From the IMG/VR virus record IMGVR_UViG_3300031992_000075: 64,000 nt of DNA; one strand, given 5' to 3'. The position numbers and the translations under genes were made by a program. Positions 39,403 through 49,339 of this stretch are shown here, in pieces. The stretch comes from an uncultured virus (IMG/VR IMGVR_UViG_3300031992_000075). Lineage: Duplodnaviria > Heunggongvirae > Uroviricota > Caudoviricetes. The notes beneath the pieces were generated by a model that was not told where the DNA came from, ran no database searches, and was given only the letters and a program-made list of their open reading frames with translations. The first letter of the stretch is position 1; each line of letters opens with the position of its first letter.

Positions 39403-39807
39403 AGCTGTAATGTCTTACTGGTTAATACTAACAAAATACAGCCACACGTTATCAAGTGAAATCATATCCTCGTTAACTTTATAGGATAATTCGTCAAGCG
39501 TCAACACACTCGCCTCGTCGTAACCCACATTCTCTGCCACGATTGCAAGGTCATGCAATTCCTGTGCTGTTAGTTTTGCCAACTCTTCACGCTCGTAAGT
39601 GTCGATAGAAAATAATAATGCAAAAGTCTTTATAATTTATAATGTTTAATTATTAATACTTGTCGGACTAAAAACACATGCCGACGTTTGCTTTATACAT
39701 AAAGCGCTCCGCCTTTTCTAGTAAAGTAGAAGAACCAAAGCCATTCAAATAAAGGGCGTATATGCGCTCCAACTGGTCAGCGCATTTTTTGAAATTCTTT
39801 TTCATGT

Positions 39808-40086
39808 TCACACCTTTTTCTTTTTCATTTGGCGCACCCATTTGCGCGCCTCTGCAATTAAATTACTCCAATCAACCGCCGTGTGACCGTACTCTTGATT
39901 CTGGTCATTCCTGCCTTTTTGGTAGACAACTCTAACGTCCCAATCTGGTTCGTCAAAGTTATATAACTCAATCGGAGTTACGTCATCTCTCTTTTCTTCG
40001 TAGCAGTGCAAAAACCAGTCACAGTCTACTGCTGCATCAAAATTGTAGCCGCAGCACTTAAATCTAATGTTTATAATACGTACCAT
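39808..40086 (-). CDS. hypothetical protein
   Basis: 92-aa ORF. Confidence 0.6.
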   Translation of the reverse strand: MVRIINIRFKCCGYNFDAAVDCDWFLHCYEEKRDDVTPIELYNFDEPDWDVRVVYQKGRNDQNQEYGHTAVDWSNLIAEARKWVRQMKKKKV

Positions 40087-40389
40087 GATACTAAAAGTTT
40101 AAAAACCCAACCACAAGTAATGCCACATCTGCAACCAGTATTGCGGCTATTACGGTTAATACTCTTACTATAATTTTTTCACCCCGTTCCGTGTTGGCGA
40201 ACCTTCTAAAAGCTACCAACTTTCTCAATACTTTGTACCTCATAATAGCTAAACTTAATAACTTAACTTGTAGATTCCTGCCAATAATATTAAAAGCGTC
40301 ATCAAAATAACTCCGTTAACTAACATATCTTCCTGGTTTTAAGTAAGACCGCCACAAAGAGAAAACCTGTGACGGTCTTGTAAATTACA

Positions 40390-40656
40390 TTATGCAATTA
40401 AATAGGAGTTGCGTGCGGTCTCAACACGCAAACCTCGACCAGTCAACCATGCCACGCTAAAGCAAAATGTCCCAGCGCCTGTAATTTTGAGGCCGTGTCC
40501 GTTCTCCTTGTTGCACAGGTCAACACAATTGCGGAATGCCAAACACTTGGCAAACGATGGCGTTTTGTATGCGTCATAAATTGACTCACAATTACTCATT
40601 TTGTAGGCATAAATAAAACTCTGCCCTTTGTTTGTTTCTTTCTTAATAGTAATCAT
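40390..40656 (-). CDS. hypothetical protein
   Basis: 88 aa; L.D.Y..PS..K..A...C pattern. Confidence 0.65.
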   Translation of the reverse strand: MITIKKETNKGQSFIYAYKMSNCESIYDAYKTPSFAKCLAFRNCVDLCNKENGHGLKITGAGTFCFSVAWLTGRGLRVETARNSYLIA

Positions 40657-40853
40657 AATTAAAATGCTTTTTGGTTAATGTAATTTGCTATTTTAAAGTC
40701 CGTGGTTGCGCTTTGTCTGTTTCAGCCAACAACTATGAAGGTGAGCCAAAATAATTGCTACAGTGGACTTTGTTTCAATTGTAGGTACGGCGGTCTCGCT
40801 CCGCCGTGTCGCAGTCGGCGCAATTGCTTGCGTTATGCGTCCGCAACTATTTT

Positions 40854-41663
40854 TTAAATGCCTGCAATATATTCGTTAATTTTCTTCTCCAAATCCTGTT
40901 GAGACACGTCGTTGTCGGTTAGCTTTGCAACCGACAAGAAAAGACCGTCCTTTATGTCAAACAAATCTTTTATCCTATCAACTCCAACCATGTACCCGTA
41001 ATTTGAAGAAGAGCTGTGAATTGTGTGGGTAACATTAACGTCTACCCACCTGAGAAACACAGCCCTGCAAAACGCTTTATTGGTTAATGGAAAAGCAATA
41101 TTTAACAGGTTAAGCGGAGCGTCGGCCTGTTTTATGTTTACACAGACGCCGCAACTGTTATAGCTGTTTTTACAGGCACAAACAGCATACAAGTTGATGC
41201 GGTAGCCTGCCAACTCAACTGCTGCAATTGCATTTGCCAAAGCTGCGCATTTTTTTGCCAGTTTAGACTCATTTATGCCGTCGTATATTGTAGCCTCCAC
41301 ATAAATATCTATAACGGGCTTCTTGCGACTGTTGCTTTTTATTTGATACATTTGCGCGGGCACTCCTCGCAAATAATTCGGCACGTTTGGCAAACAGCCA
41401 CAAACGGCGGAGCGAAGTATAGGCTTATGCTCCTCCGCTGGCTTAATAAAATCGCCCTCGGCCCTAATTTTGGCGGCTGCATCTGCATCACCGTACTCGA
41501 ATAACTTCCTGGCGTCGTCTACACTGTTAACGCCCGCAAAACGCTGCAACGAATGCTGTGAGCGCACAGAAACGCCGTACAACTGAGAATGTTTGTTTAC
41601 GACCTTTCCATTAAGCGCCGAGGCAAATTCCTCAGCGCTTGCATAAAACTTCACTGTGTTCAT
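40854..41663 (-). CDS. degenerate vWA-like partner of the AAA+ ATPase
   Basis: 269 aa; G.LPNVPNYL.G.P..M, beta/alpha core, E..GYR.NL, IK.A..PLNL..IAF; directly downstream of the ATPase. Confidence 0.55.
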   Translation of the reverse strand: MNTVKFYASAEEFASALNGKVVNKHSQLYGVSVRSQHSLQRFAGVNSVDDARKLFEYGDADAAAKIRAEGDFIKPAEEHKPILRSAVCGCLPNVPNYLRGVPAQMYQIKSNSRKKPVIDIYVEATIYDGINESKLAKKCAALANAIAAVELAGYRINLYAVCACKNSYNSCGVCVNIKQADAPLNLLNIAFPLTNKAFCRAVFLRWVDVNVTHTIHSSSSNYGYMVGVDRIKDLFDIKDGLFLSVAKLTDNDVSQQDLEKKINEYIAGI

Positions 41664-41676
41664 ATCTTATTGATTA

Positions 41677-42981
41677 TTATTTGTTGGCAATTTCTGCAAA
41701 CATTTTATAATACTTGTTATTTCCGAACAGGCGAGCGTTTAACGTGCGCATGTCCTGCTTATTCCATCCAGAGCAAAGGCCGAGCTCAAAGGCTTCAATT
41801 TCCGTAAATACGTCCATCTTCTGGTGAGCCTTTATAGCGCGCAGCGCACGAGGGCTGGCAGTATAGGTAAGACGAGCGTCGGAAATAGCATGGCGAAGGT
41901 CGCGAATAAACGCAACCAATTCCGTGTCATTTTCTGCCATGTTATTATCCTGCTCATCCGTGTAGCCCACCTCGATGCAAGTATAGCGGTCAAGGGTAGA
42001 AGCGTCCATTTGGAAACGTGCAGAATATGTACTATTGCCTCCCCTGCCAGTCGTATTGTCGGCTGCAATAATGTGAAAATCTTTGTGCGCTGTCACCATG
42101 CCTTCTTTTGGGAAGTTGTACCACAAATTTGCAAGCATCGAATTAAATGCTACCTGCACCTCGCCCGATGTAGTAGAAGCCTCGTCAAAAAGGAATATAC
42201 CTCCCTCCTTTGCTGCCTTATAGAAAACAGTCTTAACAAGTTCGCCCGTCGCGTCGGTATAGCCTTCCAACTCGTATTTCTGCTGGAGTGATGATACCGA
42301 ATAGAAAGGCAGGCCCAAAGCGTCGGCTATCTGTTTTGCAAGCGTGGACTTACCACTGCCTGCAGGCCCGAAGAGCCACGGATAGCGTCCCGTGGCACGG
42401 TCGTTAACAACTAGCGCGAGCACCTTTTTGAGAAGTGGGTGAGGGCTATTAACTTTGTTTGTCGTTTCACTGCCCACGACCTTAACCTCAACCGTGTTGC
42501 TTGCCTGCTGTGGCTGTTCGGCAATTATACGGCGTACAATAGCCTCGACCGTGGCCTCGTCAATAACTGCCTGCTGCTGTGCCAGTTTTGCACCACGAAG
42601 TGCGGCGGCAATTGCGGCGGCTGTTGCGTCAATGTTATCGCCGTTTCCCGTGCTACTGGCGGGAGTTGTAACAGGCTCGGCCGTGACCTTTTCCGTGGCC
42701 TTTTCCGTCACTGTAGGCTCGGCAGCTTTTTGCGGCTGTTTTGTTTCTTTGCCTGCTGTTTCTGCTTTGGGCGTCGGCTGTTTGGCGGCAATCTGCCAAT
42801 TTTCGGCAAGCTTTAAAAAAGTACCGCTGTCGGCATGCTCGTCGAGCAATAAGCAAGGGTTATTATTAAAAAACCTCGTGCCGCACCCTTTACCGCGGAC
42901 GCTAAAAAATATACGTCCGTTTTTCATTGTTAGGTTACTAACATTTTTTGTCTCACCGTTGTTTGAATTGATAAACAGCAT
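41677..42981 (-). CDS. MoxR/CbbQ/CobS-type AAA+ ATPase
   Basis: Walker A GPAGSGKS, Walker B FLFDE, AADNT.GRG, DASTLDRY, SPRA; Ala/Thr/Pro linker. Confidence 0.9.
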   Translation of the reverse strand: MLFINSNNGETKNVSNLTMKNGRIFFSVRGKGCGTRFFNNNPCLLLDEHADSGTFLKLAENWQIAAKQPTPKAETAGKETKQPQKAAEPTVTEKATEKVTAEPVTTPASSTGNGDNIDATAAAIAAALRGAKLAQQQAVIDEATVEAIVRRIIAEQPQQASNTVEVKVVGSETTNKVNSPHPLLKKVLALVVNDRATGRYPWLFGPAGSGKSTLAKQIADALGLPFYSVSSLQQKYELEGYTDATGELVKTVFYKAAKEGGIFLFDEASTTSGEVQVAFNSMLANLWYNFPKEGMVTAHKDFHIIAADNTTGRGGNSTYSARFQMDASTLDRYTCIEVGYTDEQDNNMAENDTELVAFIRDLRHAISDARLTYTASPRALRAIKAHQKMDVFTEIEAFELGLCSGWNKQDMRTLNARLFGNNKYYKMFAEIANK

Positions 42982-43019
42982 AATAAAATCTCCTATAATT
43001 TAAGTTAATAAAAATTGTA

Positions 43020-43470
43020 CCTCGCCGAAAAATCGCAAAACACGACGAGGTTTGTTAATGCCTGCTCTGCTGGCTGTTTTTTGTACATCAAAAAACGTTT
43101 TTGCTCGTGCGACTGTCACCAGTGCTCACACACACAAAAACAAATGTACAAACAACCATGAGGCAGGCAAGTATATTTTTGTTTTTGAACTAATTAAATA
43201 CGTATCAATGTTTCTTTAAATTTGCCCTCGCTATTCTTTTTAATTCCCTACGAGGTGACAGTGGTCAAGACAGTGCGCGCAAAACAAGTAAAACGCATGC
43301 CTTCGGGATAGTGTGCTCGTCTATTTTGCTCGTGTAGTTCGCTCACCGTCATCATACTGCGAATATATTGCTAGCGCTTGCACGAAATAGTCGAGGCCTT
43401 TTCCTCGCCCGCATCAGGTCTCCTGTCCGCTATGGTGGCCGCGTGGCCTTGCCGTTCTAACCTGAATGCA
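43020..43470 (-). ncRNA. candidate large structured leader/ncRNA
   Basis: At least five stems, G-U pairs consistent with the minus strand, 9-bp long-range complement 43112-43120/43254-43262; no ORF. Confidence 0.55.
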
Positions 43471-43499
43471 ATGCAAGATACAAACAAAATCCAAAGCAG

Positions 43500-45300
43500 G
43501 CAATAAAAAATATGATTTTAACACTTTGAAAAATATTTACACAATATTATTGTTAATTGCTTAATTATCAACCATTTACACTAATAGCTAAATGTTAAAA
43601 TGAAAGTTAATGTAAATATAATTCATATATTTTTGTAAATAAACAAGAAAACTTTTATTTTATTTATGAAAAATCTTTACAACAAAAAAGTATTTAAATA
43701 GCTGAAAATCAGTTAGTTAAACGAATAAGTGTACAAAATACAATTCCAAAAATTTAGGGTTTTCTTTAAATAATTAAATGTAAAATATTTTTTGTAAACA
43801 TTTTTTCTAGCTTATTTTGGAGCTTATTCAGGCCAGTATATATAACTATACTATATATGAATATACACACATGCACACGTGTACACGTATATATGTGTCA
43901 AAATGTATAATAATGCCTTTTAAGGCTATTTTTAAGCCTGTGGAGGCATTAAAATGCTAGTTATTGATAAATTATACCACTATACAGGAATAATTGATTT
44001 GTGTGCGTGCACAATAGCCTTCTTTAATTTGACTGGCTGAAACGTTTGTTTTTTGTTAGTTGTTAGTTGCTAGTTGATGTACATTTGACGAAGATAAAAA
44101 AGATATATTTGTTTATGATTTGATATTGACAAAAAATAAGGCTTCATTTAATAGTGTAATATTAACACTAAAAAACAGGCCAAAAAGCAAAAGGTGCATT
44201 TTTTTATAACTAGCTGTAAATCAATAAGTTAGGTTTATTAACAAATAGTAAGTGGTTGATTTATAGCCAGTTACAAACAAAAATACCCCAAAAATGACGT
44301 GGCGGCTTTTTCTCCCTAGTTGTGGGTAGTTATTCCATGCTGGATGAGAAAAGCGTTTTGTGCACGTGCACAGGCATGTTTTACTATTTAGAAATGTAAA
44401 AATAAATACCTTAAATCCCGTGAAACACTAGTAAATAAAGGGAGTTCGGGCGTTTTTACATTATTATACATATTTCTTTATTTTAGTTAACGCCCTTTGT
44501 AGATAGGCTTTTTCAAAGGTTTTAGTGTGTAATATACAATATGAAAAAACCCCAATTTTAACACATAAAAATCTAAATAAGCGTGAAACACTAGAAATAG
44601 GCCGTTATTTGGTGTAAAACGAACACTAAAACAGAAACAAAACTAAAATGTTTAGTTTAAAGCTTTCTTTCTTTTTTCTTTCTTTCTATTATGATATATT
44701 TTTTATATTACTCTTATAACTTAACATAAAACCTTTATAATGTGTATATTTTATGTTTATATATATATTATATATATGTGGCCTCTTTTCTCTTTTTCTT
44801 CGCCTTTTATTGCCTGCAAACGGTTGAGGCTGTTTTTTATGCCAGAAACACACAACTTTCGTCAAAAGATAATGTTTGTATGAATGTTAAACGAACATTG
44901 TAAAAACATAATTGGCTAAAAACCAGCAAGTTAGGTGCGTTATTTGGGGGCGGGGGGGTACAGGGCGCACAGGCTGGTGTGGTGCAAACACTTTATTTTT
45001 TTTGAAAAAATTTTTTTGATTTTGATTTTTGAAATTTTTCTGGAAAATTTTTTTTGAAAAAAGAAAAACTTATTTTATATGGTTTACCTTATATATAGTA
45101 TATACTTTATATATATATGGTATAGAATAATAATATTAATCTTATACTAGTACAAGCATATACATATTATTATATCCTTAATTTATAGTGTTTACTATTT
45201 TTAATAGTGTAACCTTATTAAGTTAATAAATTATAAAACATTCGGTTATATTAGCAATATTCCAAATATGTTTATTACATTTGCATCGTGATTTTTATTT
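43500..45300. other. AT-rich non-coding divergence region (candidate origin/packaging/terminus region)
   Basis: No ORFs; IHF-consensus-like sites, 13-bp direct repeat CGTGAAACACTAG (44419, 44582), G-run 44946-44958, A/T tracts, TA-rich tracts. Confidence 0.6.
45276..45283 (+). promoter_or_regulatory. promoter -7 element of rightward block
   Basis: TACATTTG(CA). Confidence 0.6.
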
Positions 45301-45333
45301 TTAGTTATTAATTTAGATTTATTTTTGTTGTTT

Positions 45334-45618
45334 ATGGAAAAAATTGAAAAGGAAAATCTTTGGGGTTCGATTCTTAGTGTGATGCAGGAATCGAGTGACA
45401 TGAATCTTTCGGGTTTGCGACATGTTGTTTCGCAGATTCGTGATGACATGGATGGTTATGTTAAATCCTGTGTTGCAAGTGGTGTTTCTTATGAGGAATC
45501 TCCCATTTACAAGCGTTATGTTTATCTTTTTGAGCATCTTGGTGGTATTTATCACTGCCTGTTGGGTATTGATGGTATTCTTACGTCTTTGATTGTTGAT
45601 ATGCTTAGTGATGATTGA
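45334..45618 (+). CDS. hypothetical protein
   Basis: first rightward ORF, start MEKIEK. Confidence 0.65.
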   Translation: MEKIEKENLWGSILSVMQESSDMNLSGLRHVVSQIRDDMDGYVKSCVASGVSYEESPIYKRYVYLFEHLGGIYHCLLGIDGILTSLIVDMLSDD

Positions 45619-45646
45619 TTTGTTTTACTTAAATATTAATTAGTTT

Positions 45647-46243
45647 ATGCTTAGTAGTATTAATGAGTTTATCGGCATTGCCTATGACATGGCTTATAGG
45701 CATGGTTTCCATGATGAGAAGACGTCGTTTGAACACCAGATGATGTTAGTTATCAGTGAGGTTGGTGAAATGGTTGAGGCAGACCGCAAGTGTAGGCATG
45801 CCCAGATGGTGATGTTTGACCGTGAGAGTGTCACGCCGCAGCCAGATGGTAATGAGGACAAGCACTGGAAGTTCTGTTTTGAGCAATTCATCAAGGACAC
45901 GGTAGAGGATGAGATGGCTGATGTGTGCATTCGTCTTTTCGACATGTGTGGTTATTTCGACATTGAGCCTTACAGGGCGAACAAGCAGATTGCCAGTTTG
46001 TGGTATGACTGGGTAGACCTTTTTGGTGACATGACGTTCTGTGAGCAGTCCTATGCCCTTGTTCGTCTTTTGACTGGTTACAAGGGTGTGATGGGTGAAA
46101 AGGAGCGTGATGAATTATTTGGTTCAAGTCTTGCGTTCATTCATTATTTTGCTTGTCGGCATGACATTGACCTTTCGCGTCACATTCGTATGAAGATGCG
46201 TTATAATGATATGCGTAGTTACAAACATGGTAAAAAATACTAG
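45647..46243 (+). CDS. MazG-like NTP pyrophosphohydrolase
   Basis: LVISEVGEMVEADRK, EDEMADV.IRL.D, KMRYN..R.YKHGKKY. Confidence 0.8.
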   Translation: MLSSINEFIGIAYDMAYRHGFHDEKTSFEHQMMLVISEVGEMVEADRKCRHAQMVMFDRESVTPQPDGNEDKHWKFCFEQFIKDTVEDEMADVCIRLFDMCGYFDIEPYRANKQIASLWYDWVDLFGDMTFCEQSYALVRLLTGYKGVMGEKERDELFGSSLAFIHYFACRHDIDLSRHIRMKMRYNDMRSYKHGKKY

Positions 46244-46247
46244 AATT

Positions 46248-47083
46248 ATGGCAAGGTTTATTCGTATTAATGTTGGAGTTGAGGAGAAGATTCCTTATTT
46301 TTTCAATTTGGACTCGATTGAGGGTGTTGACCTAAAGAACAAGCGTGTCTACACCATTGGTAGTAGTGAATCGTACCACATAGTGGAGCAGGAATCGTGG
46401 GATAGGATATTGCGTTTTGTTGAAAAGAACCTGCAAAATGGATTTTAAAGCGTTCTAAGCACATTTTATAATGCTGGTGGATAAGTTATCCATCTACATT
46501 ATAAAAATGCCGTGTAAAGCTTAAAAAGTGGCAAATTTAGTGTTTTATTTATATTTTAATGAATTATGGCTTACAAGAATTATGATTCAGTGCCAAATTG
46601 GAAAAAGGAATTGGTACGAAAGATTGGGTTGTTTGGTTTGGGTGATTTGCGCAAGCTAGCCCCAATAGGTGATTTATGGTACGCGAATGGTTGGTATTGG
46701 AATCCAAGAGGTGACAAGGGCTTCATGTATGGTGGTATGGAGATAGCCATTATGGAGGCTTTTCGTGCGCAGGGTTTTCGTTGTGACAAGTGTTATAGTA
46801 GTGGTTATCGTGGCACAGACCACCATTTTCGTTGTACAAAATTAGGTTTATCTTATTCAGTTGATAGTAGTGATTAATTATTATGGAAAAGGCAAAGAAT
46901 GAAAAAAAGATTCGCATAGCATTCAACAAGCGTTTGGTGACGGTTGATTTGCGAAGTATTATTGCGATTAGTCATCCGAAGGAAGGTGATGATTTCTTTA
47001 GGGTTTATTTCAGTGGTTCGCCGACATGGAACGTATGTGTTGACCAGTTTGAACGTTTGTATTCGGCATGGAATGTTATTTAA
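46248..47083 (+). CDS. three small hypothetical genes (46248-46448, 46566-46877, 46883-47083)
   Basis: ORF track; AT-rich ttATG starts. Confidence 0.6.
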
Positions 47084-47094
47084 TATTATAAATT

Positions 47095-47496
47095 ATGGAG
47101 ATTTCGGTAAAGATTATCAGCATTTTGCCAGCGCAGTCGTTTACTAGCGCAAAGAATGGCAATGTTTATGTGCGCAACACGTTTGTTGGTGAGACAACGA
47201 ACACGCAGTACCCAAGAAAGATTGCCTTTGTGGTGATGGGTGATGAAAAATTCAAGCAGATGGGCATTGTTGTTGGTGGTGTGTACAACGTTTCTTTTGA
47301 TGTGGAATCAAGGGAATGGAAAGAACGGTGGTTCACCGAGGCACAGGCATGGCGTGCGCAGCGTATTGATGGGCAGGTTCAACAATCATCACCACAACCA
47401 GCACCAGCACAGCAGATGGCAGGTGTGCAGGGTGTTCCGCAGGCATCACCCCAGCCGCAGGGCAATTCACAGGATGCTGATGCGTTGCCTTTTTGA
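47095..47496 (+). CDS. DUF3127-like OB-fold (SSB-like) protein
   Basis: QYP.KIAF...G, V.FDVESREW..RWFT...AW; Q/P linker; acidic ..LPF tail. Confidence 0.85.
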   Translation: MEISVKIISILPAQSFTSAKNGNVYVRNTFVGETTNTQYPRKIAFVVMGDEKFKQMGIVVGGVYNVSFDVESREWKERWFTEAQAWRAQRIDGQVQQSSPQPAPAQQMAGVQGVPQASPQPQGNSQDADALPF

Positions 47497-47532
47497 TTAC
47501 TGGCTGAAAAAGTTGAAGGAAAAAGGACTGGT

Positions 47533-47871
47533 ATGAAAAGATGCCAAAATGAAACATTGCAACGCTTATGCAGGGATTATCTCGGTCGCCTAAGATATGT
47601 TGCATCAAAGCACGGGCTGTTGCCACAACTTAACAACCTAATTGCAATGAATAAACGTCGGGAATGTGTCGGCACAGAGCGAGAAGTCCAGATGCTAAGT
47701 AGGATGGTTGATGATGAACGTCTGTCAAGAACTGATGTGCCAAGAATCCTAGGCAAGTCCTATAGAAAGGCAAATGCTGATGGTGATTTTGAACGTATCA
47801 AAAAGCTAAAGCGTGTTGGCATTTATTCAAAGGTTTACTCATTGCTTTACGCAAGCAAGTTAAAAAAATAA
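47533..47871 (+). CDS. hypothetical DNA-binding-like protein
   Basis: 112 aa basic ORF. Confidence 0.6.
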   Translation: MKRCQNETLQRLCRDYLGRLRYVASKHGLLPQLNNLIAMNKRRECVGTEREVQMLSRMVDDERLSRTDVPRILGKSYRKANADGDFERIKKLKRVGIYSKVYSLLYASKLKK

Positions 47872-47883
47872 GAAGGAAAGACG

Positions 47884-48579
47884 ATGGAGCAAAGAAGTGA
47901 AGTTTTTAACGTGGATTGCGTGGAATATATGCGCACATTGCCAGATGATTACTTTGACATTGCCATAGCCGACCCTCCGTATTCGCACGGAAATAGTGAG
48001 GCGTTTATTAAGGGCGGTCGTTTCCACAAAGGGCGATTCAATCGTTATAGACAAGTTGACGGAAATCCGATTGACATTGACGAATGGGATAAGTTGCCAA
48101 GCAATAAGTTCTTTGAAGAGTTGTTCCGTGTTTCCAAGAACCAAGTTATATGGGGTGCAAACTATTTCGATGGTATGCCAGCGACAAGGTGTTTCTTGGT
48201 TTGGAGGAAGCAGATACCAGAGCAATTCTCGATGGCTATGTGCGAATATGCGTGGACGTCTTTTCAAGGAAATGCAAAGTTATTTGAGTATAGCCAATTA
48301 AGCAAGGTTGATGACAAACGTTTTCACCCTACTCAAAAGCCGATTGAATTATATGCGTGGATTTTGCGCAATTTTGCAAAGGATGGCGACTTGGTGTTCG
48401 ACCCGATGATGGGTAGCCAATCAAGCCGAATTGCCGCTTACAAGATGGGATTTGATTTCGTTGGCTGCGAGGTAGAGCCATTATACTTTAACAAGGGCAA
48501 CGAACGCTTTGAAGGGCTTTGCAAGGGCGTTATGGTTGAAAGCAATGGCGCAAATTTGGTGCAACAAGAATTATTTTGA
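47884..48579 (+). CDS. orphan N6-A/N4-C DNA methyltransferase (beta class)
   Basis: IADPPY, IWGANYF, HPTQKP..LY, FDPMMGS.S. Confidence 0.92.
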   Translation: MEQRSEVFNVDCVEYMRTLPDDYFDIAIADPPYSHGNSEAFIKGGRFHKGRFNRYRQVDGNPIDIDEWDKLPSNKFFEELFRVSKNQVIWGANYFDGMPATRCFLVWRKQIPEQFSMAMCEYAWTSFQGNAKLFEYSQLSKVDDKRFHPTQKPIELYAWILRNFAKDGDLVFDPMMGSQSSRIAAYKMGFDFVGCEVEPLYFNKGNERFEGLCKGVMVESNGANLVQQELF

Positions 48580-48596
48580 TTAAAAAAAATAAAATA

Positions 48597-48782
48597 TTTG
48601 CATATTCCAAATAAATTGCTTATCTTTGCACAAAGAATTTAATCGTTGATGCGTTGTCGGTCATTTAGGCGCATTAAGCGAAAAGATATAAGTAATTACT
48701 ATTTTTGCCTACGGGCGACATGAAAGTGTAGTGACCGACACAAGTAATGTCGCTCGTCGGTTTTTAAAAAAGGTCACAAATT
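48597..48782 (+). promoter_or_regulatory. promoter plus kissing-loop leader
   Basis: TTTG-20-TATCTTTG; two hairpins whose loops carry TGTCGGTCA (48655-48663) and TGACCGACA (48732-48740). Confidence 0.65.
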
Positions 48783-49331
48783 ATGGAAAAAGAGTATTTA
48801 GCGGCACTTGCCAGCCCACAATGGCAAAAGAAACGTCTTGAAATCATGCAAAGAGACGACTTTACTTGCCAATTTTGCGGATGTAAGGATAGGACGTTGC
48901 ATATTCATCACAAAGTGTACGAAAAAGGAAAGAAACCTTGGGAATACGAAGACAAGGATTTGATTACTTTGTGCAATAGGTGTCACGAATACATAACCGA
49001 TGAAAAAAACAATCTTTACGAAAATTTTACAAATGCAAGAGATTGTTTTAGAAAGTTTGGTTTTAGTGATTCGATTTTTAATGCAATTTTGTGCGGCTTT
49101 TGTTCTTTTTTTGAAAGCATAAAAGAACAAGAAAAACATTGGAGTTTTGATATAACAAAGCAAGAAATCCATAACGCTGTTATGAGCACCCAAAATTACG
49201 ACGATGTTAAAACCCTTGTTAAATTGGGGATTAAAGAAAAGGAATTGGTGAATTTCAATTATCCTATTTTTCTTGAAGACTATGATAATGCTAAAATAGA
49301 TGAAAACGTATCTTTACTTCTTAATGATTGA
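48783..49331 (+). CDS. HNH endonuclease
   Basis: WQKKRLEI..RD.FTCQ.CG, L.IHH..Y, L.TLC..CH. Confidence 0.85.
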   Translation: MEKEYLAALASPQWQKKRLEIMQRDDFTCQFCGCKDRTLHIHHKVYEKGKKPWEYEDKDLITLCNRCHEYITDEKNNLYENFTNARDCFRKFGFSDSIFNAILCGFCSFFESIKEQEKHWSFDITKQEIHNAVMSTQNYDDVKTLVKLGIKEKELVNFNYPIFLEDYDNAKIDENVSLLLND

Positions 49332-49339
49332 TTACTAAT

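Noticed and set aside
44715..44760. dif-like XerCD site (ACTTAACATAA)
   Set aside because: Only a XerD-like half in very AT-rich DNA; partner arm and spacing do not fit.
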